A stretch of DNA of 61,806 bases, counting the filler, from Desulfonatronovibrionaceae bacterium (lineage in GTDB: Bacteria > Desulfobacterota > Desulfovibrionia > Desulfovibrionales > Desulfonatronovibrionaceae), in the NCBI GenBank assembly GCA_046539845.1. It is 3 parts of 3 records of this genome, joined end to end, with 100 filler letters (N's around TTAATTAATTAA, not from the genome) between each part and the next. Parts side by side here need not be neighbours in the genome. Positions count along the whole stretch, not along the records: positions 42,812 to 61,806 come from JBKHGE010000038.1; 2 more parts are not named here. The stretch is one strand, 5' to 3'. The position numbers and the translations under genes are program-made. Shown in pieces: positions 47,834-57,859 of the stretch. Under the pieces are notes generated by a model. It made no database searches. It had not been told where the DNA came from and worked only from the letters and a program-made list of their open reading frames with translations. The first letter of the stretch is position 1. Each line of letters begins with the position of its first letter.

Positions 47834-48595
47834 TTACGATGCTTCCAGGCAGGAGAGCATCTTCTTTTTTACATGCCCGGCCATGGCCCGGGCCGGTTTT
47901 TTGTCCCCGGCAAAGTCCCGCGGATGGACCGGATCCAGAAAATGCATGCCCACCCGGGCCGGGGAGAAAAGCCTCTTTCCCGGGGGGAGCAGTTTCCCGG
48001 TTCCGGTAATGCACAGCGGGAGCACCGGGACATCGGTGCGCTGGGAAATCTGAAAGGCCCCGGTCTTGAAACCGCCCAGAACCCCTTTTTTCTTTCGGGT
48101 CCCTTCCGGGAAGAAAAGAAGGCTTATCCCCTGGTCCAAAAGCCCCCTGGCCCGGACGAGAAACGTCTCCGGATCCAAGTCCGCGTCCAGATATCCGGAC
48201 ATGCGCATGAACGGAGCCAGAAATGGGACCCGAAAAGGCCAGCCCCGGACCACCATGGAGATGGACCATACCGGTTGCGCCCCGAAACTGTATATATCCA
48301 CAATGGACTGATGATTGGCCACAAAAATATACGGCGGGGAAGAAAGCTTGTCCAGGCCGGTGCGCTTAAAACCCAGAAGCGGCTTTGCCGCCGCATACCA
48401 GCCCCGGCCGTAAAGCCAGATGAGATACAGGCCCAGCTTCATCCCCTTTTCCCGGGAAAGAACCTGGCCCGCAGCCAAAACCAAGGGCAGGATAATCATG
48501 GACAAAAGGACCAAAATACCCTTTATCAGATAAAGCCAGACATTAAAGACAAATTTTAAAAACGGATTGTCCCCGGCGGTATTTGCTTCGACCAT
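47834..48595 (-). CDS. PlsC-like lysophospholipid acyltransferase
   Basis: NHQSIVD, FFPEGTR and FKTGAF. Confidence 0.92.
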   Translation of the reverse strand: MVEANTAGDNPFLKFVFNVWLYLIKGILVLLSMIILPLVLAAGQVLSREKGMKLGLYLIWLYGRGWYAAAKPLLGFKRTGLDKLSSPPYIFVANHQSIVDIYSFGAQPVWSISMVVRGWPFRVPFLAPFMRMSGYLDADLDPETFLVRARGLLDQGISLLFFPEGTRKKKGVLGGFKTGAFQISQRTDVPVLPLCITGTGKLLPPGKRLFSPARVGMHFLDPVHPRDFAGDKKPARAMAGHVKKKMLSCLEAS

Positions 48596-48600
48596 CTCCC

Positions 48601-48870
48601 CTATTCCGGAGCCTCCTGCTTGAATTCTTCGTATTTTTTAAGGATATATTCGTGCAGATCCCCAACAGTGCGGATTTCTTTTAGATCTTCCTTGTTCTTC
48701 AGCTTAAAGCCGAAGGCCTGTTCCAGGGCGACGACCATATCCACATAATCCAGGCTGTCCAGTTCCAGGTCGTCGATAAAGCTCGCCTCTGGCCTGAGCT
48801 CCTCCCGGTCCAGCTCAAACTCCTCGGCCAGGGAGGAATCAATGGTCTCCAAAATTTCCGAACGATTCAT
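48601..48870 (-). CDS. Acyl carrier protein
   Basis: DLELDSLD phosphopantetheine site. Confidence 0.93.
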   Translation of the reverse strand: MNRSEILETIDSSLAEEFELDREELRPEASFIDDLELDSLDYVDMVVALEQAFGFKLKNKEDLKEIRTVGDLHEYILKKYEEFKQEAPE

Positions 48871-50099
48871 GAAGCGTATCTCCTGATCAAAAGGGCGGTG
48901 TTTATGCCCCCGAAAGCAAAGTTATTCTTTAATACCGCATGCACATCTTTTGTGCAATCCTCATGTATATGGCTGATTCCGGTACAGTCCGGATCAACAT
49001 TTTCCAGATTCCTGGTCCGCACAAGCACTCCCTCGCTCATCATTTTGACCACCGCGGCTGTCTCCAGGGCGCCGCTGGCGGCCATGGTGTGCCCCAGATG
49101 TCCCTTGAGGCTGCTCACCGGCACGCCTTTCCCGAATATCCGGGCCAGGACCGCGGCCTCGTCCGCGTCGCCCTGAATGGTGGAGGTGGCGTGGGCGTTT
49201 ATATAGTCAATATCCCCGGGGTTTGCTCCGGCGCTTTTTAGGGCGGACAGGATGCATTCGCGCATTGTCCGCGGATCCGGGCTGACCAGGTCCTTGGCGC
49301 AGTTCATGGACCATCCGGCGATTTCCCCCAGAATGGGGACCCCGCGCTCCAGGGCGGACTCAAGGGACTCCAGGAGCAAAACCCCGCCTCCCTCGGAGCA
49401 GACAACCCCGTCCCGGTCCGCGTCAAAAGGACGGGAGGCGAGCCCGGGATCATCCCAGCTTTTGACCGAAGCCGCATCCATCATGTCAAAGGTGCCCACA
49501 GTAAGGGGATGGACCTCGTCCGCCCCGCCGCAAAGCATCACATCCTGCCTGCCCGCGGCAATGGCCTCGGCCCCGAGGGCTATGGCCTGTCCTCCGGTGG
49601 CGCAGGCAGCGCCCGGGGAGATGACCCGGCCGCTTATGCCCAGGTACTGGGCCACATTGGCCGCGCAGCTGTGATTCATTATCTTGAAGAAACTGGTGGA
49701 GCGGATCTGCTCCACGCCGGTACCGTTCACAAGGTACTTGCAAAAAACATCCTCCAGGACATAGGGGCTGTTCACCGTGCTGGACATGCTCACTCCGGTC
49801 CGGCCTCCGGCCAGGTATTTATCCTCCAGCCCGGCCATGTGCACCGCTTCCCGGGCGGCAAAGGCAGCGAATAGACTCATCCCGGACATACTCCGGCGAT
49901 AGCGGCGGGGAATTTCCTTTTCCGGGAGATGGGGCACGCGACCGGATATCCTGCTGCCCAGTCCGGGTACATCTTTAAGCTCCGGATTATATTCAATCCG
50001 GCTTTCACCTTGTCTCAACCCGGACCAAAACGGTTCCAGGCCCCGCCCATAGGCGGAGATAGCCCCCATGCCGGTAATTACAACTCTTTGCACTTGCAC
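48867..50099 (-). CDS. Beta-ketoacyl-ACP synthase
   Basis: AACATG / NAHATST / LGHTMA triad, plus NNFAFGG. Confidence 0.93.
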   Translation of the reverse strand: MQVQRVVITGMGAISAYGRGLEPFWSGLRQGESRIEYNPELKDVPGLGSRISGRVPHLPEKEIPRRYRRSMSGMSLFAAFAAREAVHMAGLEDKYLAGGRTGVSMSSTVNSPYVLEDVFCKYLVNGTGVEQIRSTSFFKIMNHSCAANVAQYLGISGRVISPGAACATGGQAIALGAEAIAAGRQDVMLCGGADEVHPLTVGTFDMMDAASVKSWDDPGLASRPFDADRDGVVCSEGGGVLLLESLESALERGVPILGEIAGWSMNCAKDLVSPDPRTMRECILSALKSAGANPGDIDYINAHATSTIQGDADEAAVLARIFGKGVPVSSLKGHLGHTMAASGALETAAVVKMMSEGVLVRTRNLENVDPDCTGISHIHEDCTKDVHAVLKNNFAFGGINTALLIRRYAS

Positions 50100-51580
50100 C
50101 TCACTACCTGTTCCAGGAGCTTATTTTCGCCCACTATCATCCCGCAGGCCACCATTCCGGAAATAACCGCGCCCAGGACTCCCGGGGCGACAACCCCCTG
50201 CCCGGCCAGAAAAAGACCCGGGATCTTGGTCATGGGCAAAAGCGGGTATTGATCCACGCTCTTTTGCGTACCGTACAGGCCGCCGCACGGAGTGCCACAG
50301 TAATCACGGAATGTAAGCGGAGTGGACGCCGCCACCGGCTCCAGCCTGCCTTTAAGCTCGGGAAGCTCCCGGGAGACGGTCTTAAGGAGTTTGTCCGTGA
50401 GTCTGCTTTTAAAGTCCCTGTACTCCGCGGGCCGCCTCCCGGACGTTGTATTCGCCCATTGCTCAAACCCGGAAAAAGAGGACGGGGCAATGATTATCAC
50501 CCCGGCTTCCCCGTTTTCCTCTTCGCTCAGGCTCAAATGCAGACCGTTGGGACCGTCTTCCTTTTCCACCCCCACAAAACGCAGCCACCCTTTATCCCTT
50601 AAAACCAGCCAGTTGGGGGTATTCAGGATCCCTTTATCCGAGCCCTTAAGGCGGGCATAAACCACGAATCCGGACATGGTCTCCCGCATCCCGGCGAATC
50701 TATGCTGCTGGGCCAGCCGCAAACCCCGACCGGCCAGAAGCTTGGGGATAAGGGCCGGGCTGCCGGTATATATGCAGGCTGATGTGCGTAGTTTTCGGCC
50801 GTCTGCCAAATGCACGGAGTTCACCCGTTTTGATTCGTCCAGTTCCAGGTGCGCGGCCCGGCTGCTTAAAAATACGTCCACCCCGTTGCTTTCAAGGCTG
50901 CGGGAAAAGGCCCGGACAAGCTCCGTCCCTCCGCCGCGGATATGATGCACTGAGCGCAGATAAGAGCCGAAAATCTGGGCATGTACCTGCAGGGTGGCCA
51001 CACCCGGCTCCACCCCGGCCAGGATGGCCGGGTAGGAAAAAATCGTACGCAGTCCGGGATCAGGGACATTTTTCCGCAGAAAGCCTTGCACGCTTATATT
51101 CTGCCGAATATATGATTCTAGGCTGTTCTTTTCCGTTTCCCTGAAGGTCAGATACGGGGAGGAAGACCAATAATTCCGGCACTCCCGGAAAAAGGCCCGC
51201 ACTTCACTCTCATGGCCGGGACGAAGCCGGAAAAGATCGTGCTTCAGCCGTTTTTGACCGTAGGAAACAAAAAAATCCTGGCCAATATCCGGACTGCGCA
51301 GCCCGAGAAAGCCTTCAACCGGGAGCTCCCTCTCCTGCAGATCCTGTCTTATACCCAGAAACCTAAAATAGGTATCCAGGACATGTCCCTGACCCAGCTC
51401 GCCCAGGTAGTGCACCCCGGTATCAAAAAAAAGCCCCTTTCTTTTGAACCCGCGCAAGGTGGGGGCCAGATGCGAAGAGGCCTCGACAAGGGCCGCCTTG
51501 TACCCCATTTTGGCCAGGGCGATAGCCGCACTCATCCCGGATGCACCGCCGCCGATGACAACGCAATCATAAACAGACAT
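50078..51580 (-). CDS. Phytoene-desaturase-like (CrtI-type) FAD oxidoreductase
   Basis: MSVYDCVVIGGGASG Rossmann motif, FDTGVHY, STPLT and LFLAGQ. Confidence 0.88.
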   Translation of the reverse strand: MSVYDCVVIGGGASGMSAAIALAKMGYKAALVEASSHLAPTLRGFKRKGLFFDTGVHYLGELGQGHVLDTYFRFLGIRQDLQERELPVEGFLGLRSPDIGQDFFVSYGQKRLKHDLFRLRPGHESEVRAFFRECRNYWSSSPYLTFRETEKNSLESYIRQNISVQGFLRKNVPDPGLRTIFSYPAILAGVEPGVATLQVHAQIFGSYLRSVHHIRGGGTELVRAFSRSLESNGVDVFLSSRAAHLELDESKRVNSVHLADGRKLRTSACIYTGSPALIPKLLAGRGLRLAQQHRFAGMRETMSGFVVYARLKGSDKGILNTPNWLVLRDKGWLRFVGVEKEDGPNGLHLSLSEEENGEAGVIIIAPSSFSGFEQWANTTSGRRPAEYRDFKSRLTDKLLKTVSRELPELKGRLEPVAASTPLTFRDYCGTPCGGLYGTQKSVDQYPLLPMTKIPGLFLAGQGVVAPGVLGAVISGMVACGMIVGENKLLEQVVRCKCKEL

Positions 51581-52794
51581 CAGAACTCCAGGACCAGGGC
51601 GCAGTTGGTTCCGCCGAACCCGGAGGAATTGCACATCACTTTCCCCGGCTTTTCCCTGACGGTTTCCCGGACTATATTCAGATCCCGGGCGGCCGGATCC
51701 AAAGTGGATAAATTCGTGTTCGGGGCGATAAATCCGCCCGCGGCCATGAGGCAGGAATAGACCACCTGGGAGGCTCCGGCCATCCACAGTTCATGCCCGG
51801 TCATGGACTTGAGCGAGGATATCCTGGGGCTGCAGCCGGCAAAGACCTCTTTTATGTTCTGTGCCTCGGCCGAGTCCCCGCTGGGGGTTGCCGTGGCATG
51901 AGCGCATATGTAGTCGATTTCTTCCGGGGTGTATGCGGCATTTTCAAGGGCCGCGCGCATGGCCCGGGCCAGGCCGGTGGGACTGGGAACGGAAAGCAGA
52001 TAACCGTCCGAGGAGAAACCATACCCCCGAACTTCCCCGATTATATTCGCTCCTCTTTTAAGGGCCTCCTCCCGCTCTTCAAGCACCAAAGCGGCCGCTC
52101 CCCCGCTGGGGACCAGACCGTCCCGGTCCGCGTCAAACGGGCGGCTGGCCTTTTCCGGCTCCCGCGTCTGCCTGGAAAAGGCGCCCAATCCGTCAAAACT
52201 GCACATGGACTCCCAGTTAATCTCCTGCGCCCCGCCGCAGATAACCCTTTTCTGCCGGCCCAGGGAGATGAGGTCAAAGGCCTGACCCACTGCGTTTCCC
52301 CCGCTGGAACAGGCGGAACTCAAGGTCCAGCAGGCGCCCTTGGTCCCCAGGATGACATTCAGATTCATGGTCACTGTGGAGTTCATGGACCGGAAGATGG
52401 CTCCGCTGCCGATGGAGCCAGTACTGCCGCGCTCGCGCAGAAGATCGGCCTGCCTGACGCTGGCCCGGCAGGAGGAATCCACGCCAAAGATAAGGCCGGT
52501 ATGATCATTTTGTACATCCCCGGATCCCAGACCGGATTCCTGCAAGGCCTCGGACACGGCCGCATAGGCCTGAACCCCGAACTCGGGCAGGGTCTTTCTC
52601 TGTTTCCGGCCCAGGTATTGGGGGGGATCAAAATCCGGGATAAGTCCGGTAAGCGGGCTGAAAAACCCCATCCTCTCCCGCTCCGGATCGATCCCGATCC
52701 CGGAACGGCCGTTATACAGGGAGTCGGCCACGGCCTGATTCCCGATCCCAATGCAGGAGACGATTCCCGTCCCGGTTATTACTACCCGCTTCAT
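51580..52794 (-). CDS. Beta-ketoacyl-ACP synthase with an atypical GHELW motif
   Basis: SACSSG / CAHATAT / TGHELWMAG. Confidence 0.93.
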   Translation of the reverse strand: MKRVVITGTGIVSCIGIGNQAVADSLYNGRSGIGIDPERERMGFFSPLTGLIPDFDPPQYLGRKQRKTLPEFGVQAYAAVSEALQESGLGSGDVQNDHTGLIFGVDSSCRASVRQADLLRERGSTGSIGSGAIFRSMNSTVTMNLNVILGTKGACWTLSSACSSGGNAVGQAFDLISLGRQKRVICGGAQEINWESMCSFDGLGAFSRQTREPEKASRPFDADRDGLVPSGGAAALVLEEREEALKRGANIIGEVRGYGFSSDGYLLSVPSPTGLARAMRAALENAAYTPEEIDYICAHATATPSGDSAEAQNIKEVFAGCSPRISSLKSMTGHELWMAGASQVVYSCLMAAGGFIAPNTNLSTLDPAARDLNIVRETVREKPGKVMCNSSGFGGTNCALVLEF

Positions 52795-52861
52795 GATTTA
52801 TGATCACTTCTTGCTGTATTTGTCTAAAAAGAGCTTTGTCCGCAATTTTAAAAAATCTATT

Positions 52862-52900
52862 AACCGCCCGTCCGGCACTCAGGGACTCTGAGTGCCGGAC
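52862..52900. repeat. Palindromic dispersed repeat, related to 6082-6128
   Basis: gtccggcactcag-ggact-ctgagtgccggac perfect stem. Confidence 0.65.
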
Positions 52901-53047
52901 AAACTTTTTTATGACCGGGTTTCACGGGTGTATTTTAATAGCGGCATTACCCAAAAAACGGGCATTTAAAACAGCCGCTGCAAATCAAACGCTTTTTTAG
53001 TACTGATGCCGGGATATGAAAGACCTTAAAAATAGATCCGTCTCAAG

Positions 53048-53324
53048 AATCTGTGCAAAGCATTTTATATTTTTGCTGAATCAAGATACTGGATTACCCG
53101 GTCAAGCCGGGTAATGACGAATGGGGGATAGCCCGTATTTCTAGGTCTGAACCAAATTGTTCGGAATCTCCACCCTCGTCATCCGGCACTCAAATCTAAA
53201 ATTTGAGTGCCGGATCCAGGAAACGACAATAATTTGTCAACTCGAGATATTTTATTAAAAGCCTTTAAATTCAGTTGGTCCAGTATCTTTTGCGGGACTT
53301 TAAAAACAAAATTTTGCACAGATT
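53048..53324. repeat. Nested inverted-repeat (MITE/REPIN-like) element
   Basis: Outer IR aatctgtgcaaa/tttgcacagatt, inner IR aagatactgga/tccagtatctt, and two opposed GTCAT..ATCCAG hairpins. Confidence 0.65.
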
Positions 53325-53348
53325 TGTGTGAGGAGCCTAAAAATAAAA

Positions 53349-54077
53349 TCAGGTATGCACTCCGCCGTTTACGGAAATGACTTCCCCGGTGATATACCCG
53401 GCCCGCCTGGAACACAGAAAGGAAACCACCCCGGCCACTTCCTCCGGATCACCGAAGCGGCCGATAGGTATCTGTTTTAGTATCTCCTCCCGGGGCAGGC
53501 CCTCCAGCATCCCGGTGTCTATAAACCCCGGGGCCACGGCATTGACCAGGATATTGCGCTTGGCCACTTCCACGGCCAGGGAGCGCGTGGCCCCGATAAG
53601 CCCGGATTTGGCCGCGGAATAGTTCACCTGCCCGGGGACCCCGGTCTGCCCGGATGTGGAGGCGATATTCACTATCCGCCCCCTTTTCTTGCGCAGCATC
53701 TTCTCCAGAACCGGCTTGGTCACATTGTAAAAACCATCCAGGTGAACGCGCAAGACATCCCCCCAGTCGTTCTCCTTCATCCATACCAGAAGGGTATCCC
53801 GGTTGAAACCGGCATTATTGACCACTGCATAGGGGACTGTTTCCTTGAGTTTAGGGAAAAGCGCATCTTCGGTCTCCTGCCTGTCGGCCACGTCAAAGGG
53901 CAAAAGCTCGCAGCTGCGGCCCATATCCCTTATATCCGCGGCCACCTTTTCCGCCTCATCCGCGCCGCTTCTGTAGTTCAGCCAGATATCAAAGCCGTCT
54001 TCGGCCAGCATCCTGGCTGTTGCCGCGCCTATGCCCTTGCTCCCGCCGGTTACCAGGACAACTTCTGTGTCGGCCAT
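53349..54077 (-). CDS. fabG: 3-oxoacyl-ACP reductase
   Basis: TGGSKGIG, NNAG, YSAAK and NAVAPGFIDT. Confidence 0.93.
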   Translation of the reverse strand: MADTEVVLVTGGSKGIGAATARMLAEDGFDIWLNYRSGADEAEKVAADIRDMGRSCELLPFDVADRQETEDALFPKLKETVPYAVVNNAGFNRDTLLVWMKENDWGDVLRVHLDGFYNVTKPVLEKMLRKKRGRIVNIASTSGQTGVPGQVNYSAAKSGLIGATRSLAVEVAKRNILVNAVAPGFIDTGMLEGLPREEILKQIPIGRFGDPEEVAGVVSFLCSRRAGYITGEVISVNGGVHT

Positions 54078-54230
54078 AAAAAACCCAACCCTTAATACTT
54101 GTGCGTTATATCCTAAGCAATTAAAATAAACATATCCATGACTTCATCATTTCCAAGGACATTACTTTAGATGACAACTGCGTATAATACGGGTATGCTA
54201 TTTAGTCAAAATTTAAAGACGAGCGGAAAT

Positions 54231-55505
54231 ATGAAACTAAAACTTATTTATCCCAGCTGGCCCAAGCTGCGGGGGCAGACCAAGTTCAATCTCCCCCCGC
54301 ACGGTCCGGTGGTTATGGCCGCGACAATCCCCGAGGACGTGGAAATTGAATTCATTGACGACAACGTCCAGACCCTCGGCTTCGAACCTGACGCCGATCT
54401 GGTGGCTCTTTCGGTCATGCTTACCTGTCAGCTGCCCCGGGCCTTTGAAATAGCCGATCGATTCAGGTCCATGGGCATGCCGGTCATTTTCGGGGGCATA
54501 TCCGCAACCCTGCACCGGGATGAAGTCGCCGGGCACGCGGACAGCATCTTTCTGGGCGAGGCCGAAGGAAGATTCGCCGCGGTTATTGACGACTTCAAAA
54601 AAGGGCGGCTGAAAAAAGTCTACGACTACACCAACAACCACCCGGATATTTCCCTGGTGGACACGGCCCGGCGGGACATTCTGGATCGCGAGCTGTACAA
54701 CTACCGCGGGGTGCAGATGGTGGATCTGGTGCACGCCTCCCGGGGTTGCCGCTTCAATTGCTTTCCCTGCTGCTCCCGTTACCTGGGCGGCAAGAGGCAC
54801 CGCACCCGCCCCATATCCAAGGTAGTCCAGGAAATGGAGTCCATACCCAACAACCGGCTCTTTCTGGTGGACAATTCCCTGGCCCAGAACAAGAAATGGC
54901 TGCGGGAGCTGTTCTCGGCCATACAGCCGCTGAAGAAAAAATGGATCTCCCATCCGGTGTTCTATGATCCGGCAATAATCGACATGGCCGCAAAAGCCGG
55001 ATGCTGGTATGTGTATCAGGCGATTATCGACACCTCGGAAAAGACCAGGGAACGGATCAAGATGCTCCAGGACCACGGGATCGGCATAGAGGGGACCATC
55101 CTCCTGGGCACTGACGACCACGACGAATCCTTTATAAAAAGGCTTGTGGACTTCCTGCTGGAAAACGAACTGGATCTGGCCGAGTTCACCATACTTACTC
55201 CGTTCATGCACACCCCCATCCGCAGACAGTTCGAGGAGGAAGGACGCATACTTTCCAACGACTGGATAAAATACACCACGGACCAGGTGGTTTTCCAGCC
55301 GGCGAAAATGACCCCGGAAAAACTGCATGAACTCTACGACTATGCCTGGGAAGCCTTTTACGGCAAGGGAGGGCAGCAGCTGAAAATGGCCCGACTGTTC
55401 CGCAAGGTCATAGAAAAGGAAAAAAAGGACGGCACTTACCGCCGCTATGAACTTGATGGCAAAAAAGCAGACCCGATCGAGAGCTCGCCTGCGGCGCAGA
55501 AATAA
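54231..55505 (+). CDS. B12-binding radical SAM protein
   Basis: KLIYPSW, GEAEG, SRGCRFNCFPC and ILTPF..TP. Confidence 0.9.
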   Translation: MKLKLIYPSWPKLRGQTKFNLPPHGPVVMAATIPEDVEIEFIDDNVQTLGFEPDADLVALSVMLTCQLPRAFEIADRFRSMGMPVIFGGISATLHRDEVAGHADSIFLGEAEGRFAAVIDDFKKGRLKKVYDYTNNHPDISLVDTARRDILDRELYNYRGVQMVDLVHASRGCRFNCFPCCSRYLGGKRHRTRPISKVVQEMESIPNNRLFLVDNSLAQNKKWLRELFSAIQPLKKKWISHPVFYDPAIIDMAAKAGCWYVYQAIIDTSEKTRERIKMLQDHGIGIEGTILLGTDDHDESFIKRLVDFLLENELDLAEFTILTPFMHTPIRRQFEEEGRILSNDWIKYTTDQVVFQPAKMTPEKLHELYDYAWEAFYGKGGQQLKMARLFRKVIEKEKKDGTYRRYELDGKKADPIESSPAAQK

Positions 55506-55510
55506 ATATC

Positions 55511-57859
55511 ATGATGGACAATAACCGAATCCTTTTCATCCATCCTTTGGGCTACGAGTCGGTGTACGCGGAAGCAGACATCGCCAGACAGGCCAATCTC
55601 ATGCCTCCGCTGGGGCTGGCCAGCATGTCCGCCTATCTGGAGGAAAAGAAAATTACCTCGGACATCCTGGATTGTTTCGCCCACCCGGACTGCTTCCAGA
55701 AAATCAGAGACTACCTGCAGACCTACAAGCCGGGGTTCATCGGCTTTACCTGCACCACTTCCGGGTTTCCGGACGCAGCGCACATCGCGGAAATGGCCAA
55801 GCAGGAAACTCCGGGGATCAAAACGGTTATCGGCGGGGCGCACCCTTCGGCCCTGAAGGAAAAATCAATGCTCGACAGCCCGGCTATCGACTTTGCCGTG
55901 GTAGGCGAAGGGGAAAGGCCGATCGAGCAGTTGGTCCTTTCCGGGGGGCGGGACGTCGGGGATATCCCGGGCATCTGCCACCGGGAAAACGGTGATCCAA
56001 AATTCAACGGCGGGCAAAAACAACTTGTAAACCTGGACGAACTCCCCTTCCCCGCCTACGAGAAGCTGCACGGATTTCCGGAAACCTATACCCTACCCAT
56101 TTTCAATTATCCGCGGCGGCCAAACACCAGCTGCATCTCCAGCCGGGGATGTCCCTACAAATGCTCCTATTGCGACCGCTCCGTATTCGGCTCCAGTTTC
56201 CGGTACAATTCCGCTAATTATCTCTATGAACACATGCGCTACCTGCGCGACCGCTTTGGGATCAGGCACATAAATTTCTATGACGACCAGTTCACCCTGC
56301 ATCGCGGCCGGGTGGCCGAGCTTTGCACCATGCTCACGGACTCGCCCCTGGACATGACCTTTAATTGCGCGGCCCGGGCCGAGCATGTGGACCCGGAGCT
56401 TCTGAAGATGATGAAGGAGGCCGGGTGCTGGATGATAAGCTTAGGCATAGAAAACGGCAATCAAAAGCTCCTTTCCCGGCACAGGCAAAATGCGGATCTG
56501 GACATGGTCGCGGCAAAAGTCAGGGACATAAAAAAGGCCAGGATCCGGATAAAGGGGCTTTTCATGCTCGGCCTGCCCGGGGAGACGGAAAAATCCATCC
56601 AGGACACACGCGATTATGCCCGTTCCCTTAACCTGGACGATCTGAACCTGGCCAAATTCACTCCTTTCCCCGGCTCGCCCGTGTATGAAAATATCCGGGA
56701 ATTCGGCAGTTTTGACGAGGATTTTTCCCGCATGGACTGCATGCACTTCCTGTTCATCCCCGAAGGCCTCACCGAAGACTTTCTGGAGGAAAAATTCCAG
56801 GAATTTTACAAGGACCACTTCACCCGGCCCCGGACCCTGTTCAATTACCTGTCCATGCTCTGGAAATCCCCGGACAGCTGGAAACGCTTTTTATTGTCCC
56901 TGCCTAATTTTCTGAAATTCGCCTTTAAGGGCAGCCGCATAGATGAATCCAGCCGAAACCCGAACCGCAAATGGGACAGCAAAAGCCTGGGCAGCGACTG
57001 GCAGCACAGGTTTTTCTACATGCTCATCCGCCGCTTTGGGGTGGGTCCGGCCTATGTTTTTTTGCATGTGGTAACCCTGTGGTACGTGCTCCTTTATCCA
57101 GGTGTAAGGCAAAGAATCCGGCCGTTTTTACGCCACAGGTTCCCCAAACGGACCAATTTTTTCCCGCAAATAACGGATATCTACCGTTTGAGCCTGAGTT
57201 TCGGGAAAATACTGATTGACCGGGCCGCAATCGGCATCCTGGGAACGGAAAAATTCAAGATGGATTTTCCGGAACAGGAGGAGTTCAAAAAAATCATCCA
57301 GGAAGGCAGCGGTGCGGTGCTCATAAACTCCCACGCCGGGTCCTGGCAGGTAACCATAGCCGAGCTGGAGTGGCTGGACATCCCGGTGTCCATGCTCATG
57401 CAAAGGGATCAACAGGATGTGGACCGCCCCTATTTCGTGCATCAGAAAAAAAAGAGCCCGTACAAAGCCATCTCCCCGGAAAAAGGGCCGCAGGCCATGC
57501 TGGAGATGATGAGCGCCCTTAAAAACGGCGGGATCGTCGGAGTTATGGGGGACAGGGCGTTCGGGAACGACAAAAACGTGGTGGATGTGGATTTTATGGG
57601 CGACAAGGCCTGGCTGCCCTACAGCCCGTACAAGCTGGCCTCGGCCACGGGAGCGCCGTGTCTTGTCCTTCTCACGCACAAGTCCGGGCACATGAGCTAC
57701 ACAGTTCGGCTGGCCGGGGTAATCCGGGTCCCGGAAAATCTCGGCCGCGGCCCGGAAGATTTCCGCGCATACGCCCAGCAGTACGCAAACGCCCTGGAAC
57801 AGTTCGCCATGGAACACCCCTGGCAATTCTTCAATTTCTACGACATGTGGGAGAAATAA
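55511..57859 (+). CDS. B12-binding radical SAM protein fused to an LpxL-like acyltransferase
   Basis: N-terminal part: PPLGLAS, GEGE, SRGCPYKCSYC. C-terminal part: SHAGSWQ, MGDR, PWQFFNFYDMW. Confidence 0.88.
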   Translation: MMDNNRILFIHPLGYESVYAEADIARQANLMPPLGLASMSAYLEEKKITSDILDCFAHPDCFQKIRDYLQTYKPGFIGFTCTTSGFPDAAHIAEMAKQETPGIKTVIGGAHPSALKEKSMLDSPAIDFAVVGEGERPIEQLVLSGGRDVGDIPGICHRENGDPKFNGGQKQLVNLDELPFPAYEKLHGFPETYTLPIFNYPRRPNTSCISSRGCPYKCSYCDRSVFGSSFRYNSANYLYEHMRYLRDRFGIRHINFYDDQFTLHRGRVAELCTMLTDSPLDMTFNCAARAEHVDPELLKMMKEAGCWMISLGIENGNQKLLSRHRQNADLDMVAAKVRDIKKARIRIKGLFMLGLPGETEKSIQDTRDYARSLNLDDLNLAKFTPFPGSPVYENIREFGSFDEDFSRMDCMHFLFIPEGLTEDFLEEKFQEFYKDHFTRPRTLFNYLSMLWKSPDSWKRFLLSLPNFLKFAFKGSRIDESSRNPNRKWDSKSLGSDWQHRFFYMLIRRFGVGPAYVFLHVVTLWYVLLYPGVRQRIRPFLRHRFPKRTNFFPQITDIYRLSLSFGKILIDRAAIGILGTEKFKMDFPEQEEFKKIIQEGSGAVLINSHAGSWQVTIAELEWLDIPVSMLMQRDQQDVDRPYFVHQKKKSPYKAISPEKGPQAMLEMMSALKNGGIVGVMGDRAFGNDKNVVDVDFMGDKAWLPYSPYKLASATGAPCLVLLTHKSGHMSYTVRLAGVIRVPENLGRGPEDFRAYAQQYANALEQFAMEHPWQFFNFYDMWEK

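Noticed and set aside
50078..51580. Carotenoid biosynthesis from the CrtI-like gene
   Set aside because: There is no phytoene synthase or other crt gene, and it is embedded among KS/ACP genes.
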